From Fibrobacteria bacterium (GTDB lineage: Bacteria > Fibrobacterota > Fibrobacteria > UBA11236 > JADFYW01): 64,000 nt of DNA. The position numbers were made by a program, and so were the translations under genes. Position 1 is the first letter of the stretch. Each line of letters opens with the position of its first letter. A model generated the notes under the pieces. The model was not told the DNA's origin. It did not search any database and saw only the letters and a list, made by a program, of their open reading frames with translations. Below are positions 10,846 through 21,102 of this stretch, piece by piece. The stretch is taken from NCBI GenBank assembly GCA_050294405.1, contig JBNKOC010000012.1, forward strand, positions 552,091 through 616,090. Direction: 5' to 3'.

Positions 10846-11733
10846 ATGATTAAGATTCAGGAAAATGTGAGTCTGGCTCCAATGGCCTCTTTTAAAGTGG
10901 GAGGAGCTGCACAGTTTTTTACAGCCCCAAGTAATAAAGAAGAATTTTTGGAAGCTGTTCGCTGGGCTAATGAAAAAAAGCTTCCCATATTTATGCTAGG
11001 CAAGGGATCTAACCTGGTGATTTCCGATAAAGGGGTTAAAGGCCTTACTATTTTTACCGCCCAGGGCTTTGATAGCATATATTGGGACAATAATCTGGCT
11101 CGCTGCGACGCAGGAGCCTTGGTGTACACAGCCATGCGTCAGTCGGTCCAACAGGGTTTAACCGGAATTCAAAAACTTGGAGGAATACCGGGCACCTTGG
11201 GCGGTGCCGCTTACATTAATGCCGGAGCTTACGGCCAGGAATTTTCAGATGTAATTGTAGAAGTGGAGTCCTGTGATAAAAATGGAGATGTAATCGTAAG
11301 AACCAAGCCTGAATGTAGGTTTAGCTATCGCAATTCTGTTTTTACTCAATTGGAAGAATACATTCTTTCCGTAAAACTTGAACTTAAGCAAGCAGCGGAT
11401 AAAGAGCAGTTGGAAAAAGAAATGCGCGAATCATTAGCGCATCGAAAGCAAACCCAGCCTTTGCATCTCCCTAATTCAGGCAGCATTTTCAAACGGCCCC
11501 AGGGCCGTTTTCCGGGACAAATTATTGAGGAGGCCGGGCTTAAAGGCATGAGAGAAGGGGGCGCAGAAGTTTCTCCCAAGCACGCCAATTTTATTGTAAA
11601 CATGGGGGGCGCCAGTGCTCAAAATATTTTTGATTTAAGCAAGCTGGTGCAGTCTAGAGTGAAAGAGAAAATGGATATGGACTTGGAACACGAAGTCCGA
11701 TTTATTGGCGAATTTTTGCCGTGGCCCAGATAG
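10846..11733 (+). CDS. murB: UDP-N-acetylenolpyruvoylglucosamine reductase MurB
   Basis: FAD-binding N-terminus (FKVGGAAQFF...GKGSNLVISDKG). The length (295 aa) and C-terminal MurB domain are typical of short-form MurB. Confidence 0.85.
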   Translation: MIKIQENVSLAPMASFKVGGAAQFFTAPSNKEEFLEAVRWANEKKLPIFMLGKGSNLVISDKGVKGLTIFTAQGFDSIYWDNNLARCDAGALVYTAMRQSVQQGLTGIQKLGGIPGTLGGAAYINAGAYGQEFSDVIVEVESCDKNGDVIVRTKPECRFSYRNSVFTQLEEYILSVKLELKQAADKEQLEKEMRESLAHRKQTQPLHLPNSGSIFKRPQGRFPGQIIEEAGLKGMREGGAEVSPKHANFIVNMGGASAQNIFDLSKLVQSRVKEKMDMDLEHEVRFIGEFLPWPR

Positions 11734-12548
11734 CAGTCATTCTTCCCGCTTACAATAGAGCTCATCTATTAGAACGGGCCATTGAGTCCGTGCTTATCCA
11801 GAGCTTTGCAGATTTTGTTTTATATGTAGTGGATGATGGGAGCACGGATTCCACAAAAAACCTGCTGCAAAAATGGGAACAACATCCCAAACTAAAATAT
11901 TTTTTTAAAAAACACGAAGGTGTGAGCGCTGCTAGAAATTTTGGGGTTTCGATGTCTACAGAACCCTATTTGTGTTTTTTAGATAGTGATGATGAGTGGC
12001 TGCCTCAAAAATTGGAACTTCAATATGGTTTTCACAAAAATAAAGGGTTCCATATTTCCCAAACCCGGGAACGCTGGATTCGCCGGGGAATGAGGGTAAA
12101 CCCTCCTAAACATTCCGTAAAAACAGGAGGCGATATATTTCTAAAATCTCTGGAGCGATGCATGGTGACCCCTTCTTCGGTTATGATAAACAGAGAGCTT
12201 TGGGAGGAGTACGGAGGTTTCGATGTGGATTTTCCAGCTTGTGAAGATTACGAGCTTTGGCTTCGAATCTGCGCCAAATATTCTGTGGGGCTTTTGGATA
12301 AAGAGCTTTTAATTCGTTATGGCGGGCATTCCGATCAATTGTCCGCCAAATACCCCGCTATGGATAAGTTCAGGATTCAGGCCTTGCACAAAACTTTTTT
12401 AAACACAAAGCTAAGCGATGTTCAAAAATCAAATTTATTAAAGGTTCTACGGAAAAAAATGGAGATATACCGGGGAGGCTGTTTGAAACGCAATAATGTT
12501 AGGGAATTAAATTGGTGCGACAGGCTCTTAGGAGCCTGTCGCACTTAA
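11721..12548 (+). CDS. Family 2 glycosyltransferase (GT-A fold)
   Basis: IAVILPAYNRAHLLERAIESVLIQSFADFVLYVVDDGSTDST...FLDSDDEW (DxD). GTG start overlapping the murB stop. Confidence 0.75.
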   Translation: MAQIAVILPAYNRAHLLERAIESVLIQSFADFVLYVVDDGSTDSTKNLLQKWEQHPKLKYFFKKHEGVSAARNFGVSMSTEPYLCFLDSDDEWLPQKLELQYGFHKNKGFHISQTRERWIRRGMRVNPPKHSVKTGGDIFLKSLERCMVTPSSVMINRELWEEYGGFDVDFPACEDYELWLRICAKYSVGLLDKELLIRYGGHSDQLSAKYPAMDKFRIQALHKTFLNTKLSDVQKSNLLKVLRKKMEIYRGGCLKRNNVRELNWCDRLLGACRT

Positions 12549-12606
12549 CATTCGCGCTGCGTCTGGCTGCAAAATCACCGTTCATCGTTGCACTTTTCGA
12601 CGTAAT

Positions 12607-12650
12607 TCCCCATTCTTTGAATGGGGCCCAACAGCATTTTACTTTTTTAC
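12607..12650 (+). terminator. Candidate terminator for the GT2 gene: 8-bp stem CCCCATTC/GAATGGGG with a 3-nt loop, then a T-rich tract
   Basis: The hairpin at 12607-12625 and the run ...CATTTTACTTTTTTAC are seen directly in the sequence. Confidence 0.35.
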
Positions 12651-12727
12651 GTCTGCAAAGACGCCTTGATCCGCGATTTTTCGCTCAGTCTCGCTATGCA
12701 AAGCTTAAATCCGACAGGCTCCTGGCC

Positions 12728-13822
12728 CTATGGAATAAATAAAAGCTGGGATTTTTTTTGAGCTTTCGTTTGGATGGAAAACACATGCAATCCCGGTTTT
12801 ATATCTGGGTTTAGTTTAAATGCAGAGTTTTGGTCCGGCTGTAAATAATAAAAATGAGAACTTTCTAACCTTCCTTCCATGTTGCATATGGAAATTTCTA
12901 ATACCGTATCATCAGAATCTAGACTGTTTATTATAACAAAGCGGTTTGAATAAAGTTGATTGAGGCTTATGGAAATGTCTGCGTGATTCCTTTTTTTATT
13001 TCTAAGAGAAATAATTTCGGGGTTGGCAAATACGGCAAACTCATGGGGTTCGCCCACAACGTAGATGTTATTGCTTTCAGGATTAAAAGAGACGCCTTCC
13101 GGTTTGCTGAGTCCAATCTCCAGGGAAGAAAGTAAAACCCCTTCGGGGCTATAGCCGTAAAGCCTGTTTTCTTCCTGATTGAGAAGTAAAAAATGCCCAT
13201 CTTCAAGGATATACATATCCGCCACATCTCCGGTAATATTAGCCAAAGAAAATGGAGTATTTTCTGTAAACGATTGCGGAACTCCTTCAGCATCAAGTTG
13301 TATCTGGTAAAGCATGGAAGGGCCAAGCTCTTTAGCAACATAAGCCAGGTTTTTTTCTGAGTCATAAGCCACGCTTTCCAAACCGGAATTACCCATGTTT
13401 TCACCAATATTCAGGCTTTTGCCTTCTTGTTTTGCAATGGGGCCACTGCCTTCATCAGGGATGGTGATTTGATGTATATTGGCCAGGCGTTCTTCCACAA
13501 TTAAATACTTTTCCCCTCCCTGATAGCTAATGGCTTCCGTATCTTCGAACCCAGACAATTCAATGCTTCTTATTATTTCTCCATTTAAGCTTAATTCGTA
13601 AAGGGCCACCCCATCATCAATCACAAACAGGCTTTGGGAGTTTGCGTTAAAAGTAACTCCGCTAAAACTTGTGGTCGTGGCCTCACTTACATCCAGGCTC
13701 AAATCTTTTTGGTAGTTATTTAGCTGGGAGGCAATGGACTGGGCTTTAGGGGAGAGGAGGCCAATGGCAAAAAAGACGCTAAGTAAAATTAAAGAAGGTT
13801 TTTTGCCAAAGCAACTTTCCAT
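12728..13822 (-). CDS. Secreted hypothetical protein (signal peptide; predicted beta-propeller, SdiA-regulated/phytase-like) with a T9SS-type C-terminal sorting-like tail
   Basis: N-terminal signal MESCFGKKPSLILLSVFFAIGLLSP. Repetitive beta-strand-rich sequence. The C-terminus ...GLHVFSIQTKAQKKSQLLFIP resembles Por-secretion CTDs. The fold assignment is tentative. Confidence 0.4.
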   Translation of the reverse strand: MESCFGKKPSLILLSVFFAIGLLSPKAQSIASQLNNYQKDLSLDVSEATTTSFSGVTFNANSQSLFVIDDGVALYELSLNGEIIRSIELSGFEDTEAISYQGGEKYLIVEERLANIHQITIPDEGSGPIAKQEGKSLNIGENMGNSGLESVAYDSEKNLAYVAKELGPSMLYQIQLDAEGVPQSFTENTPFSLANITGDVADMYILEDGHFLLLNQEENRLYGYSPEGVLLSSLEIGLSKPEGVSFNPESNNIYVVGEPHEFAVFANPEIISLRNKKRNHADISISLNQLYSNRFVIINSLDSDDTVLEISICNMEGRLESSHFYYLQPDQNSAFKLNPDIKPGLHVFSIQTKAQKKSQLLFIP

Positions 13823-15272
13823 TTTGCCTTATAGTGAGAATTTGAACCTTAGTACCCTCTTCTAAATCTATATAGAAAGTCTCATTATGTTTGGGTGAAA
13901 ATCGCTTCAGAGGTTTTCCCTGGGGAGTAAAAAGTTCCACTTCTAAACCAGCTGTTTTTTGGTAGGGCGTTATTTTTACAGTGTTCTTAAATTGTTGCCA
14001 GAAAAAGTTTGCGCTAATTTTGTCTTTTGGGGCTATTTCAATGGGTTCCTCACTAACCGTAATACTTGCGTTAAAATTACTTTTCCTATCGCCCCGGTAG
14101 TTTAAAGCCTCCCATAAATTTTGAGTATTCCGGCTTAATTTTCCGCTAAATACTTTATTCCCCAACCAATATATTTCCACATTTTCATCTAAATTCAGCA
14201 AAGAATCGTTTAGCCAAATTTTTAAACTTTCCAAATCACTTTGTAAGATATGTATGCTTTGGCCGGAAATTTCCGCAATAACATTTTGATTTTCACCGGC
14301 CTCTACATTTTCGGGAACCTCAAGCCAATAAAACCTCTGGTGGATTCTGTCGTCCTGATGCCATACAATTTTTTTAGGAAAAGGATTTCTGGTAAAGTCA
14401 TCCATCCAATCCAGGGCTACCGCATCTTCCAAATCCATCCAATGGGGTTTGTCCGGGTGGATTTGCACTTCATGTATGTATCCTCCCGGATCGGCCTCAG
14501 CCAATGAATCCAGCCATTCTCCCCATTCTCCAGCTATAATGTTTCTATCGTATCCGTCGTCCAGGCCTCCCACATGTATGGTAAACCCAATGTTGCGCAG
14601 GCTGTGGGGGGAGGATTCATTGGGGTGGCCGGCCATCATGGCTGCCGCGGCCCATCTATCAGCCATGCGTGGTCCTAATTGGTACACGCCATCTCCTCCA
14701 GCGGAATAGCCCATTACATAAACCCTGTCGGGGTTGATTCCCAAATAAACCACACAAGCTTCAATGACCCGGTCAAAAAAAGAATCTATATGGGGTTCAT
14801 GCCAAAGGTTCCATGTGTCGGTGGGAGCTCTGGGCGCCAAATATATTCCATTGGGTTGGTACAGGGTTATTTGGTTTTGCCATTGCTGATCATTTGTGGC
14901 CGCTCCTGCGTTCCCGCCGCCGTGCATAGATATGTATAAATCCCGTCCGGCTGCAGGTTCGGGACCGTAACTGCGGTATTCAAATTTTAAAATTTTTCCG
15001 CTGCTGTCCACAAAGGCTTTGTTGTCCCACTCTTCCTGCCAAGCCGCTTGGATTTGGTTAGTGCGATGCTCCAGCAATAAATCCCAAGCGCTATTCGCCT
15101 CTTCCGAGCTAAGGGCCGTTTTTCCAAAGGATGTTTGTGAAATGGGTTCCCGGCTGTTTTCAGGTTGGGACAACCAATTTTGCAATTCTTCAATTGCATT
15201 CTGGGAAAATCCCATGACAGGCAAAAATGCTATAAGAATGTGAAAGCAGTACAACCTGTAATTTTTAAACAA
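13779..15272 (-). CDS. Secreted alpha/beta-hydrolase (esterase/PHB-depolymerase-like)
   Basis: Signal peptide MFKNYRLYCFHILIAFLPVMGFSQ. Oxyanion/nucleophile region YISMHGGGNAG...VYVMGYSAGGDG (GxSxG). Confidence 0.6.
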   Translation of the reverse strand: MFKNYRLYCFHILIAFLPVMGFSQNAIEELQNWLSQPENSREPISQTSFGKTALSSEEANSAWDLLLEHRTNQIQAAWQEEWDNKAFVDSSGKILKFEYRSYGPEPAAGRDLYISMHGGGNAGAATNDQQWQNQITLYQPNGIYLAPRAPTDTWNLWHEPHIDSFFDRVIEACVVYLGINPDRVYVMGYSAGGDGVYQLGPRMADRWAAAAMMAGHPNESSPHSLRNIGFTIHVGGLDDGYDRNIIAGEWGEWLDSLAEADPGGYIHEVQIHPDKPHWMDLEDAVALDWMDDFTRNPFPKKIVWHQDDRIHQRFYWLEVPENVEAGENQNVIAEISGQSIHILQSDLESLKIWLNDSLLNLDENVEIYWLGNKVFSGKLSRNTQNLWEALNYRGDRKSNFNASITVSEEPIEIAPKDKISANFFWQQFKNTVKITPYQKTAGLEVELFTPQGKPLKRFSPKHNETFYIDLEEGTKVQILTIRQNGKLLWQKTFFNFT

Positions 15273-15292
15273 TAACTACCATCCCATAATAG

Positions 15293-16753
15293 CTACTTGA
15301 GGTTTTCGGCCAGGGAAACCATAGTCTTAACTCCCCAACCCGTTCCACCGGGAATAAAGTATTTCCATTGGCTGGTGGTAAAGGCGGGGCCTGCAATATC
15401 AATATGGCACCATTTTAAATGGGGCTCCACAAACTCTTTTAAAAATAGGGCCGCTGTAATAGCGCCGCCTTCTGCGCGTCCCAGGTTTTTGAAATCGGCA
15501 GTAATGTCATCAAGACTGGAACGATATTCCTCTTCCAGGGGCATTTCCCAAAACTTTTCGCCTTCCACCTGGCCCAACTGGTGGACTTGTTTTAACAACT
15601 TGGAATCGTTGCCCAAAATGCCAGCCCAGGCTGGTCCCAAAGCCCTAATCATGGCTCCTGTCAAAGTGGCCAGGTTCACAACATGGGTGCCTTTAATGGC
15701 CGCAGCCTCGGCAAGGCCATCCGAAAGAATCAGGCGGCCTTCTGCATCGGTGTTTTCCACCATTACGGTTTTTCCGTTTTTGGCCTTAAAAATATCTCCG
15801 GGCAGAACGGCCTGCTGTCCAGGTCTGTTTTCGGCGAGCACCATAACACTGCTAACATTCACCTTTAGTTTTAAAAGAGAGCATATGTATATACTGGCTA
15901 AAACTGTGGCGGCTCCTGCCATGTCGCATTTCATTTCCCACATTCCCGAGCCGGGTTTTAAACTGAGGCCTCCGGTGTCGAAGGTCACTCCTTTTCCCAC
16001 TAAAACTAAATGGGGGGCTTTTTTGGAAGCGCCAGTGTAGCTCAATGTGACCATGCGAGGAGGGTTTAGGGAGCCTCGTGAAACGGTAAGCAGTCCGTTA
16101 AACCCTTCTTTTTCCAATTCTTTTTCGCGGCGAATGCGGATGTCAAGGCCTGCTTCCTTGGCTATTTTTTGGGCTTCTTTGGCAAACATTTCCGGTGTTA
16201 AGTCGGAACCCGGGGTGTTGACCCAATCCCGGCAGGCGCCGATACCTTTAAATGTGTGGTTTAACCTGTCGTTGCTCTTTTTAATAAGGGTTATATCTTT
16301 TGGGTCGGCCACAACTTGAATACTTTTCAAAGTGATTTTTTTGGGAGAACTTTTGTATACCTGGTATTGGTATTGGCTCCAGTAGACAGCTTCCAGTATG
16401 GATTGGACTTCTGACTTGCTCGCGTTATTCAAGACCAAAATAATTGTTTCTGGATTTTTTTCTTTTAGGGCCTGGATTAAATTGAAAGCCCCAACTCGGA
16501 TAGAGTCGGAATTATCCAGTCCCGGTTTTAATGGGAGAGGGCTTAAAGCCATCAGACCGCTTTCGAAAGGCAGGTATTCTAAGGAGCTTCCCAATTCTTT
16601 TTTTTGAAACTGCTCGGACAATTCTTTTAGGCGGGATTCTGTCTGGGAGGAGTTTTTAAACTTCCCAAATATTTTTTTATTCTGACAGAAGGTTGCTATT
16701 TGGTGTTTTTTGCCAAGGCTTTCTGGGATACTTTTTGTGATTTCAATAGTCAT
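15293..16753 (-). CDS. pepA: Leucyl aminopeptidase (M17 family)
   Basis: M17 signature NTDAEGRLILSDGL and a metal-binding region (...VGKGVTFDTGG...). Confidence 0.9.
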   Translation of the reverse strand: MTIEITKSIPESLGKKHQIATFCQNKKIFGKFKNSSQTESRLKELSEQFQKKELGSSLEYLPFESGLMALSPLPLKPGLDNSDSIRVGAFNLIQALKEKNPETIILVLNNASKSEVQSILEAVYWSQYQYQVYKSSPKKITLKSIQVVADPKDITLIKKSNDRLNHTFKGIGACRDWVNTPGSDLTPEMFAKEAQKIAKEAGLDIRIRREKELEKEGFNGLLTVSRGSLNPPRMVTLSYTGASKKAPHLVLVGKGVTFDTGGLSLKPGSGMWEMKCDMAGAATVLASIYICSLLKLKVNVSSVMVLAENRPGQQAVLPGDIFKAKNGKTVMVENTDAEGRLILSDGLAEAAAIKGTHVVNLATLTGAMIRALGPAWAGILGNDSKLLKQVHQLGQVEGEKFWEMPLEEEYRSSLDDITADFKNLGRAEGGAITAALFLKEFVEPHLKWCHIDIAGPAFTTSQWKYFIPGGTGWGVKTMVSLAENLK

Positions 16754-17012
16754 TTCACCGCCATATTGTATAAAGTTCTCGAATTTTCATAAAATTAGGC
16801 TTTTTTCCAACTTTTGAGTAGGCTGTTATTTTTATAAAAAAGGAAATTTTATGTCGCTATTTTGTAATATTTAGTTGACAATTATATTTAAATCTTTATT
16901 TGTAACTTTATGTCATTAATTATAATTTGGATTTAAATTGGCAATATTTATCTTTAAAAGTAAAATAGAAATTAATGTAATAAATAGTCATATGTTGGAA
17001 TTAGGTTAAATT

Positions 17013-18602
17013 TTGAAAGATACTACAGTACATCAAACCCGAACTTTACAAGCGCTTATGGACATCAGCCGATACATTAGCGCTTCTCTTGATTATCTGG
17101 ACATAGCCAGAAAATGTTTGCTTTCTTTAAGTGAAAACTTGGATTTGGAGCATTGCGCCTTGTTGGTTCCCGATAAAGAAAAGCAACATTTAACTATTCA
17201 GCTTGGAGTGGGTTGGGATTCTGCGGAAAGTAATAATTTTAAGCGGCCTTTACGGGGAAGCCCTCTGGGCCAGGTTTATAATTCCGGGATGCCCATTGCT
17301 ACGCCTTCTGTGGAGGATATTCCCGGATTATTTGTGCCCTCCAAATTGAAAAACCAAGGGGAGTTGGTAGGGTTTTTGGCTGTTCCCTTGTTAGTGAATC
17401 ACATTCCCATTGCTGTTTTAATGGCTTATAGAGTATCTCACCGCACCATGCTGGATGAGGATATGAATGTGATGAAAATTGTGGCTTCAATTTTAAGTCA
17501 AACCATGAAATTGGCAGAATATGTGGAGGCTACCAACAAACGCCTTCAAACAGAAAATGATCAACTTCATGCCCAGTTAGAAGACAGGTTTCAGGTTGAC
17601 AATTTGGTAAGCAGCTCAGGAAATATGGCAAAAACCCTCGATCTGGTAAAAAGGGTTTCAACCACAGATGCCACTGTGCTATTGAGAGGAGAAAGCGGAA
17701 CGGGTAAAACATTAATTGCCCAGGGAATTCATTTTTCCAGTTTGCGTAAAAAAGGTCCTCTGGTCATTGTAAACTGCGCTGCCATACCTCAAAATCTCAT
17801 TGAAAGTGAACTTTTTGGCCATGAAAAAGGGGCTTTTACCAGTGCTATTTCAAGAAGAATCGGAAAATTTGAAGCTGCCGAAGGTGGCACTTTGTTTTTA
17901 GATGAAATTGGAGAGCTTTCGCTGGAAACCCAGGCTAAATTATTAAGGGTTATCCAGGATGGGGCTTATGAAAAAGTGGGTTCCAATAAAACACAGATTG
18001 CTAACGCCCGGATTATTTGCGCCACAAATATGAATCTGGAACAAGCTATTCACGAAAAGAAATTTCGCGAAGATCTTTATTATCGCCTTATGGTAGTGCC
18101 AATTTATATTCCTTCCCTTCGCAGTCGAAAAGAAGATATTTTGCCTTTGACTTCTCATTTTTTGAAGTATTACAACAGTAAATACAATAAAAATGTGGTT
18201 ATTAGCCGCGAAGGCCTGTCTTTTTTAGAAGGTTATGATTGGTCGGGTAATGTGCGGGAGTTGCAGCATACTCTGGAACGTACAGTGATTTTGTCCAATA
18301 GTGACGAGCCCATAACCGATATTCCCATCCTGAACCCCATGGGTTCCCCGGAGCGTCGGTTTATTACGGAAATTGTTCCAGAGCAAAACCCCGGATTGCC
18401 TTCTCCAGGTTCGGATGGTAAACCCATGAACGACAGGGCGCTTTACGAAAGAGTTCCTTTAAGAGAATCTCAGATTATCACTGCTTTGGAAGAATCTGTA
18501 GGGATTCAAACCGTTGCGGCAAAAAAATTGGGAATTTCCCTAAGGCAATTGCGATATGCTATCAAGAAGTACAATCTTAATGTGAAAGATTTTAAATACT
18601 AA
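17013..18602 (+). CDS. Sigma-54-dependent transcriptional activator with N-terminal GAF-like domain and C-terminal HTH (no receiver domain)
   Basis: AAA+ sigma-54 interaction domain [17 protein letters not shown]...GAFTSA...FLDEIGELS. The C-terminus [19 protein letters not shown] is a Fis-type HTH. The TTG start at 17013 is uncertain and the first in-frame ATG lies 45 nt downstream. Confidence 0.85.
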   Translation: MKDTTVHQTRTLQALMDISRYISASLDYLDIARKCLLSLSENLDLEHCALLVPDKEKQHLTIQLGVGWDSAESNNFKRPLRGSPLGQVYNSGMPIATPSVEDIPGLFVPSKLKNQGELVGFLAVPLLVNHIPIAVLMAYRVSHRTMLDEDMNVMKIVASILSQTMKLAEYVEATNKRLQTENDQLHAQLEDRFQVDNLVSSSGNMAKTLDLVKRVSTTDATVLLRGESGTGKTLIAQGIHFSSLRKKGPLVIVNCAAIPQNLIESELFGHEKGAFTSAISRRIGKFEAAEGGTLFLDEIGELSLETQAKLLRVIQDGAYEKVGSNKTQIANARIICATNMNLEQAIHEKKFREDLYYRLMVVPIYIPSLRSRKEDILPLTSHFLKYYNSKYNKNVVISREGLSFLEGYDWSGNVRELQHTLERTVILSNSDEPITDIPILNPMGSPERRFITEIVPEQNPGLPSPGSDGKPMNDRALYERVPLRESQIITALEESVGIQTVAAKKLGISLRQLRYAIKKYNLNVKDFKY

Positions 18603-18740
18603 TTCCATATTTGTTGTTATTTTGTTAAATTATGTCTTTTATTGTTAAAATTAAGTCCATTTCTCTTGCTAATTTGCATAGGGACTGGCAATTTATTTAT
18701 AAAATCAACGATTTTTGTGAAAAAAAGGCTTTATAAAACT

Positions 18741-18756
18741 TGGCATGAACATTGAT
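18741..18756 (+). promoter_or_regulatory. Weak candidate sigma-54 promoter (TGGCAT-N5-TTGAT) about 115 nt upstream of glnB
   Basis: The -24 GG element is good and the -12 element lacks the conserved GC. Its position between a sigma-54 activator gene and glnB is suggestive only. Confidence 0.2.
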
Positions 18757-18821
18757 GTAATAAATACTATCAGTTTTTTTAACACAAAAAATTGAAATAT
18801 GAATAATTTTGTACCACTTAA

Positions 18822-19211
<390 letters not shown>

Positions 19212-19232
19212 TTTCCCCTGGTATTTTTTATA

Positions 19233-19263
19233 AAAAGGATCTTAACATAAGATCCTTTTTTTT
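19233..19263. terminator. Bidirectional rho-independent terminator between convergent glnB and the 185-aa gene (9-bp stem AAGGATCTT/AAGATCCTT, loop AACAT, flanked by A-run and T-run)
   Basis: Perfect hairpin followed by TTTTTTTTT on the + strand and preceded by AAAAA for the - strand. Confidence 0.7.
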
Positions 19264-19286
19264 CAGGTTCAGGTTGGCTTTTTCAA

Positions 19287-19844
19287 TTACCCTTGGGAAA
19301 GCCGCTCCCTGTAGAGGTAACCCGTTTTTAAATGAAAGGCCAAGCGGCTGCGCACTAACTTAAAAAATTCCAAATAAGGGGTGCTTTGATAATCCCGATA
19401 AGTCCAGTAAAAAGCTTTAAACTCACCGGCTTCATAATAAAGGGTTGGTTCTACAAATATTCCCTGCCCCAGGTAAACCCTGTGGCGCTGGTCCTTGGTG
19501 GTGGCCAAGAAAAATTGTCCCAGGGTCATGTATCCTGGATCAAGATTAAAATTTCTAAGGCCGCCTATGGAATCTTGAAGCTCCCATTCGTTGCAAAGCC
19601 TTTTTATTTCAACAATCTTTTCTCTATCCATTAAATTTTCAAATGCTAAAATGGCTCGAAATGGTTTTTCTCCCAGCTCTTTTTCATAGTAGTTGGTCCA
19701 CACAAAGGGAATGGGCAAAAGCTCTTCTTCAATGGCGCCGAATTCTTTTTCCAGCATGGTCCGAAGCGGGATATACTGGTTTTTATCTTTTAGTAAGATG
19801 GGAATCAGTAACTTAACTTTTTTTGGCTGTTTGTATTCGCCCAT
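19287..19844 (-). CDS. Conserved hypothetical protein (possibly DUF4416 family)
   Basis: 185-aa ORF with good coding character. The family call is from memory of the pattern ...NLDPGYMTLGQFFLATTKDQRHRVYLGQGIF... and is tentative. Confidence 0.4.
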   Translation of the reverse strand: MGEYKQPKKVKLLIPILLKDKNQYIPLRTMLEKEFGAIEEELLPIPFVWTNYYEKELGEKPFRAILAFENLMDREKIVEIKRLCNEWELQDSIGGLRNFNLDPGYMTLGQFFLATTKDQRHRVYLGQGIFVEPTLYYEAGEFKAFYWTYRDYQSTPYLEFFKLVRSRLAFHLKTGYLYRERLSQG

Positions 19845-19974
19845 ATGTATTCAAAAAACAAATTATATTCAGGAGAAATAGAATTTAATATTTTAAAAAT
19901 TTCCCCCTTTATTAAAAATCATGTATTATTAATAAATAATCTTTCCATTTGATTTATGAACAGGTAAAATATTT

Positions 19975-20319
19975 TTGGAAAATTTAAAAATCACATTTGA
20001 CGAAAAAGAAGACCATGTGGTTTGTACCATGTCTGGGGATATATCCTTTGATACCGTTGACGCATTACGTAAACAATTTTCAGAAATCCGCAGTTTAGGC
20101 CCTTCCACTCTTTATTTGAATTTGGGGCAGCTCAATGTATTGGGTAGTGCCGGGCTTGGAGAAATGGCTCGTCTTATTTTATGGTGCGAATCTAACGATT
20201 GTGAAGTACGTTTGGTATGCCAAAGCCGCCATATTCTGGAGGTGATTGAAATTGCCGGCCTCACAAAATACGCTCCTGCCTATCCTGACTTGGAAAGCGC
20301 CTACAAGGCCAAAAAATAA
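19975..20319 (+). CDS. STAS-domain protein (anti-sigma-factor antagonist, SpoIIAA-like)
   Basis: 114 aa; ...TLYLNLGQLNVLGSAGLGEMARLIL... is typical of the STAS fold. The putative phospho-Ser region is GSAG. Confidence 0.65.
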   Translation: MENLKITFDEKEDHVVCTMSGDISFDTVDALRKQFSEIRSLGPSTLYLNLGQLNVLGSAGLGEMARLILWCESNDCEVRLVCQSRHILEVIEIAGLTKYAPAYPDLESAYKAKK

Positions 20320-20327
20320 CCCTTTTT

Positions 20328-21089
20328 ATGCCTTCTCTTTCCCAATTAAGCCAATATTTGGATGATTTATACCAACCCCAGGATTTTGAGGATTATATTG
20401 AATCGGGCCTTTTAATAGAGGCCAACAGCCAAATATCAAAAGGAGGCACCGCTGTTAGTTTTACCTTGGAAACTGTAAAAAAAGCAGTGGAATCCAAGCT
20501 GGATTTTTTGGTGGTGCACCACGCCCACGGGTTTTGGAATAACGCTTCCCGAAGAATTAGCGGGGGGTTCGGAGAAAAGGTTTCTCTTTGCCTTTCCAAT
20601 GGAATAAATCTTTTCGGCTATCATTTGCCAATGGATGCTCAAATTGAAATTGGCAATAATATGGGCATTCTTAAGGCTTTAGAATTAGAAAAAAAGCAAG
20701 AATTTATTAAGGCCGGTAGACGCAGTATTGCCTATGTGGGACAACTAAAAGAGGCTATATCCTATGCCAAATTTTTGGAAAAAGTCCATTTGGCCATAGG
20801 TCCCAGCAATTTTGATTTTAAAGTTGGGGCAGATTTTATTAAATCTGTAGCCGTGTGTTCCGGGGGTGCGGCCAGCTCAATTCGAGAGGCAAAACAAACG
20901 GGTGCAGATTTATATCTCACCGGAGAAGCCAAGGAAGATACATACAATTTCTGCCAGGATGAAAAATTCAATTTCATTGCGGCAGGCCATTATCAAACCG
21001 AGGTTTTCGGGCCTAAATTATTAGCCGGAAAACTCGCTGGAGATTTTAAAATTCCCGTGGAATTTATCCACGATAAAAATCCGGTTTAA
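20328..21089 (+). CDS. Nif3-like dinuclear metal centre protein (YbgI/GTP cyclohydrolase 1 type 2 family)
   Basis: N-terminal LDDLYQPQDFEDY...GLL and C-terminal ...LYLTGEAKEDTY...AAGHYQTEVFG, characteristic of NIF3/DUF34. Confidence 0.7.
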   Translation: MPSLSQLSQYLDDLYQPQDFEDYIESGLLIEANSQISKGGTAVSFTLETVKKAVESKLDFLVVHHAHGFWNNASRRISGGFGEKVSLCLSNGINLFGYHLPMDAQIEIGNNMGILKALELEKKQEFIKAGRRSIAYVGQLKEAISYAKFLEKVHLAIGPSNFDFKVGADFIKSVAVCSGGAASSIREAKQTGADLYLTGEAKEDTYNFCQDEKFNFIAAGHYQTEVFGPKLLAGKLAGDFKIPVEFIHDKNPV

Positions 21090-21102
21090 GTAAATCGGGT
21101 AT

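Noticed and set aside
12512-12742. 76-aa ORF in the convergent gap after the GT2 gene
   Set aside because: The region is dominated by hairpins and terminator-like structure. The ORF starts inside the GT2 3' end, has no RBS, and its sequence has no recognisable features. It is more likely non-coding.
16754-17012. Very AT-rich 259-bp region upstream of the sigma-54 activator gene, considered as a possible mobile-element end or repeat
   Set aside because: No inverted or direct repeats or integrase nearby. It is consistent with an ordinary promoter region shared with the divergent pepA.
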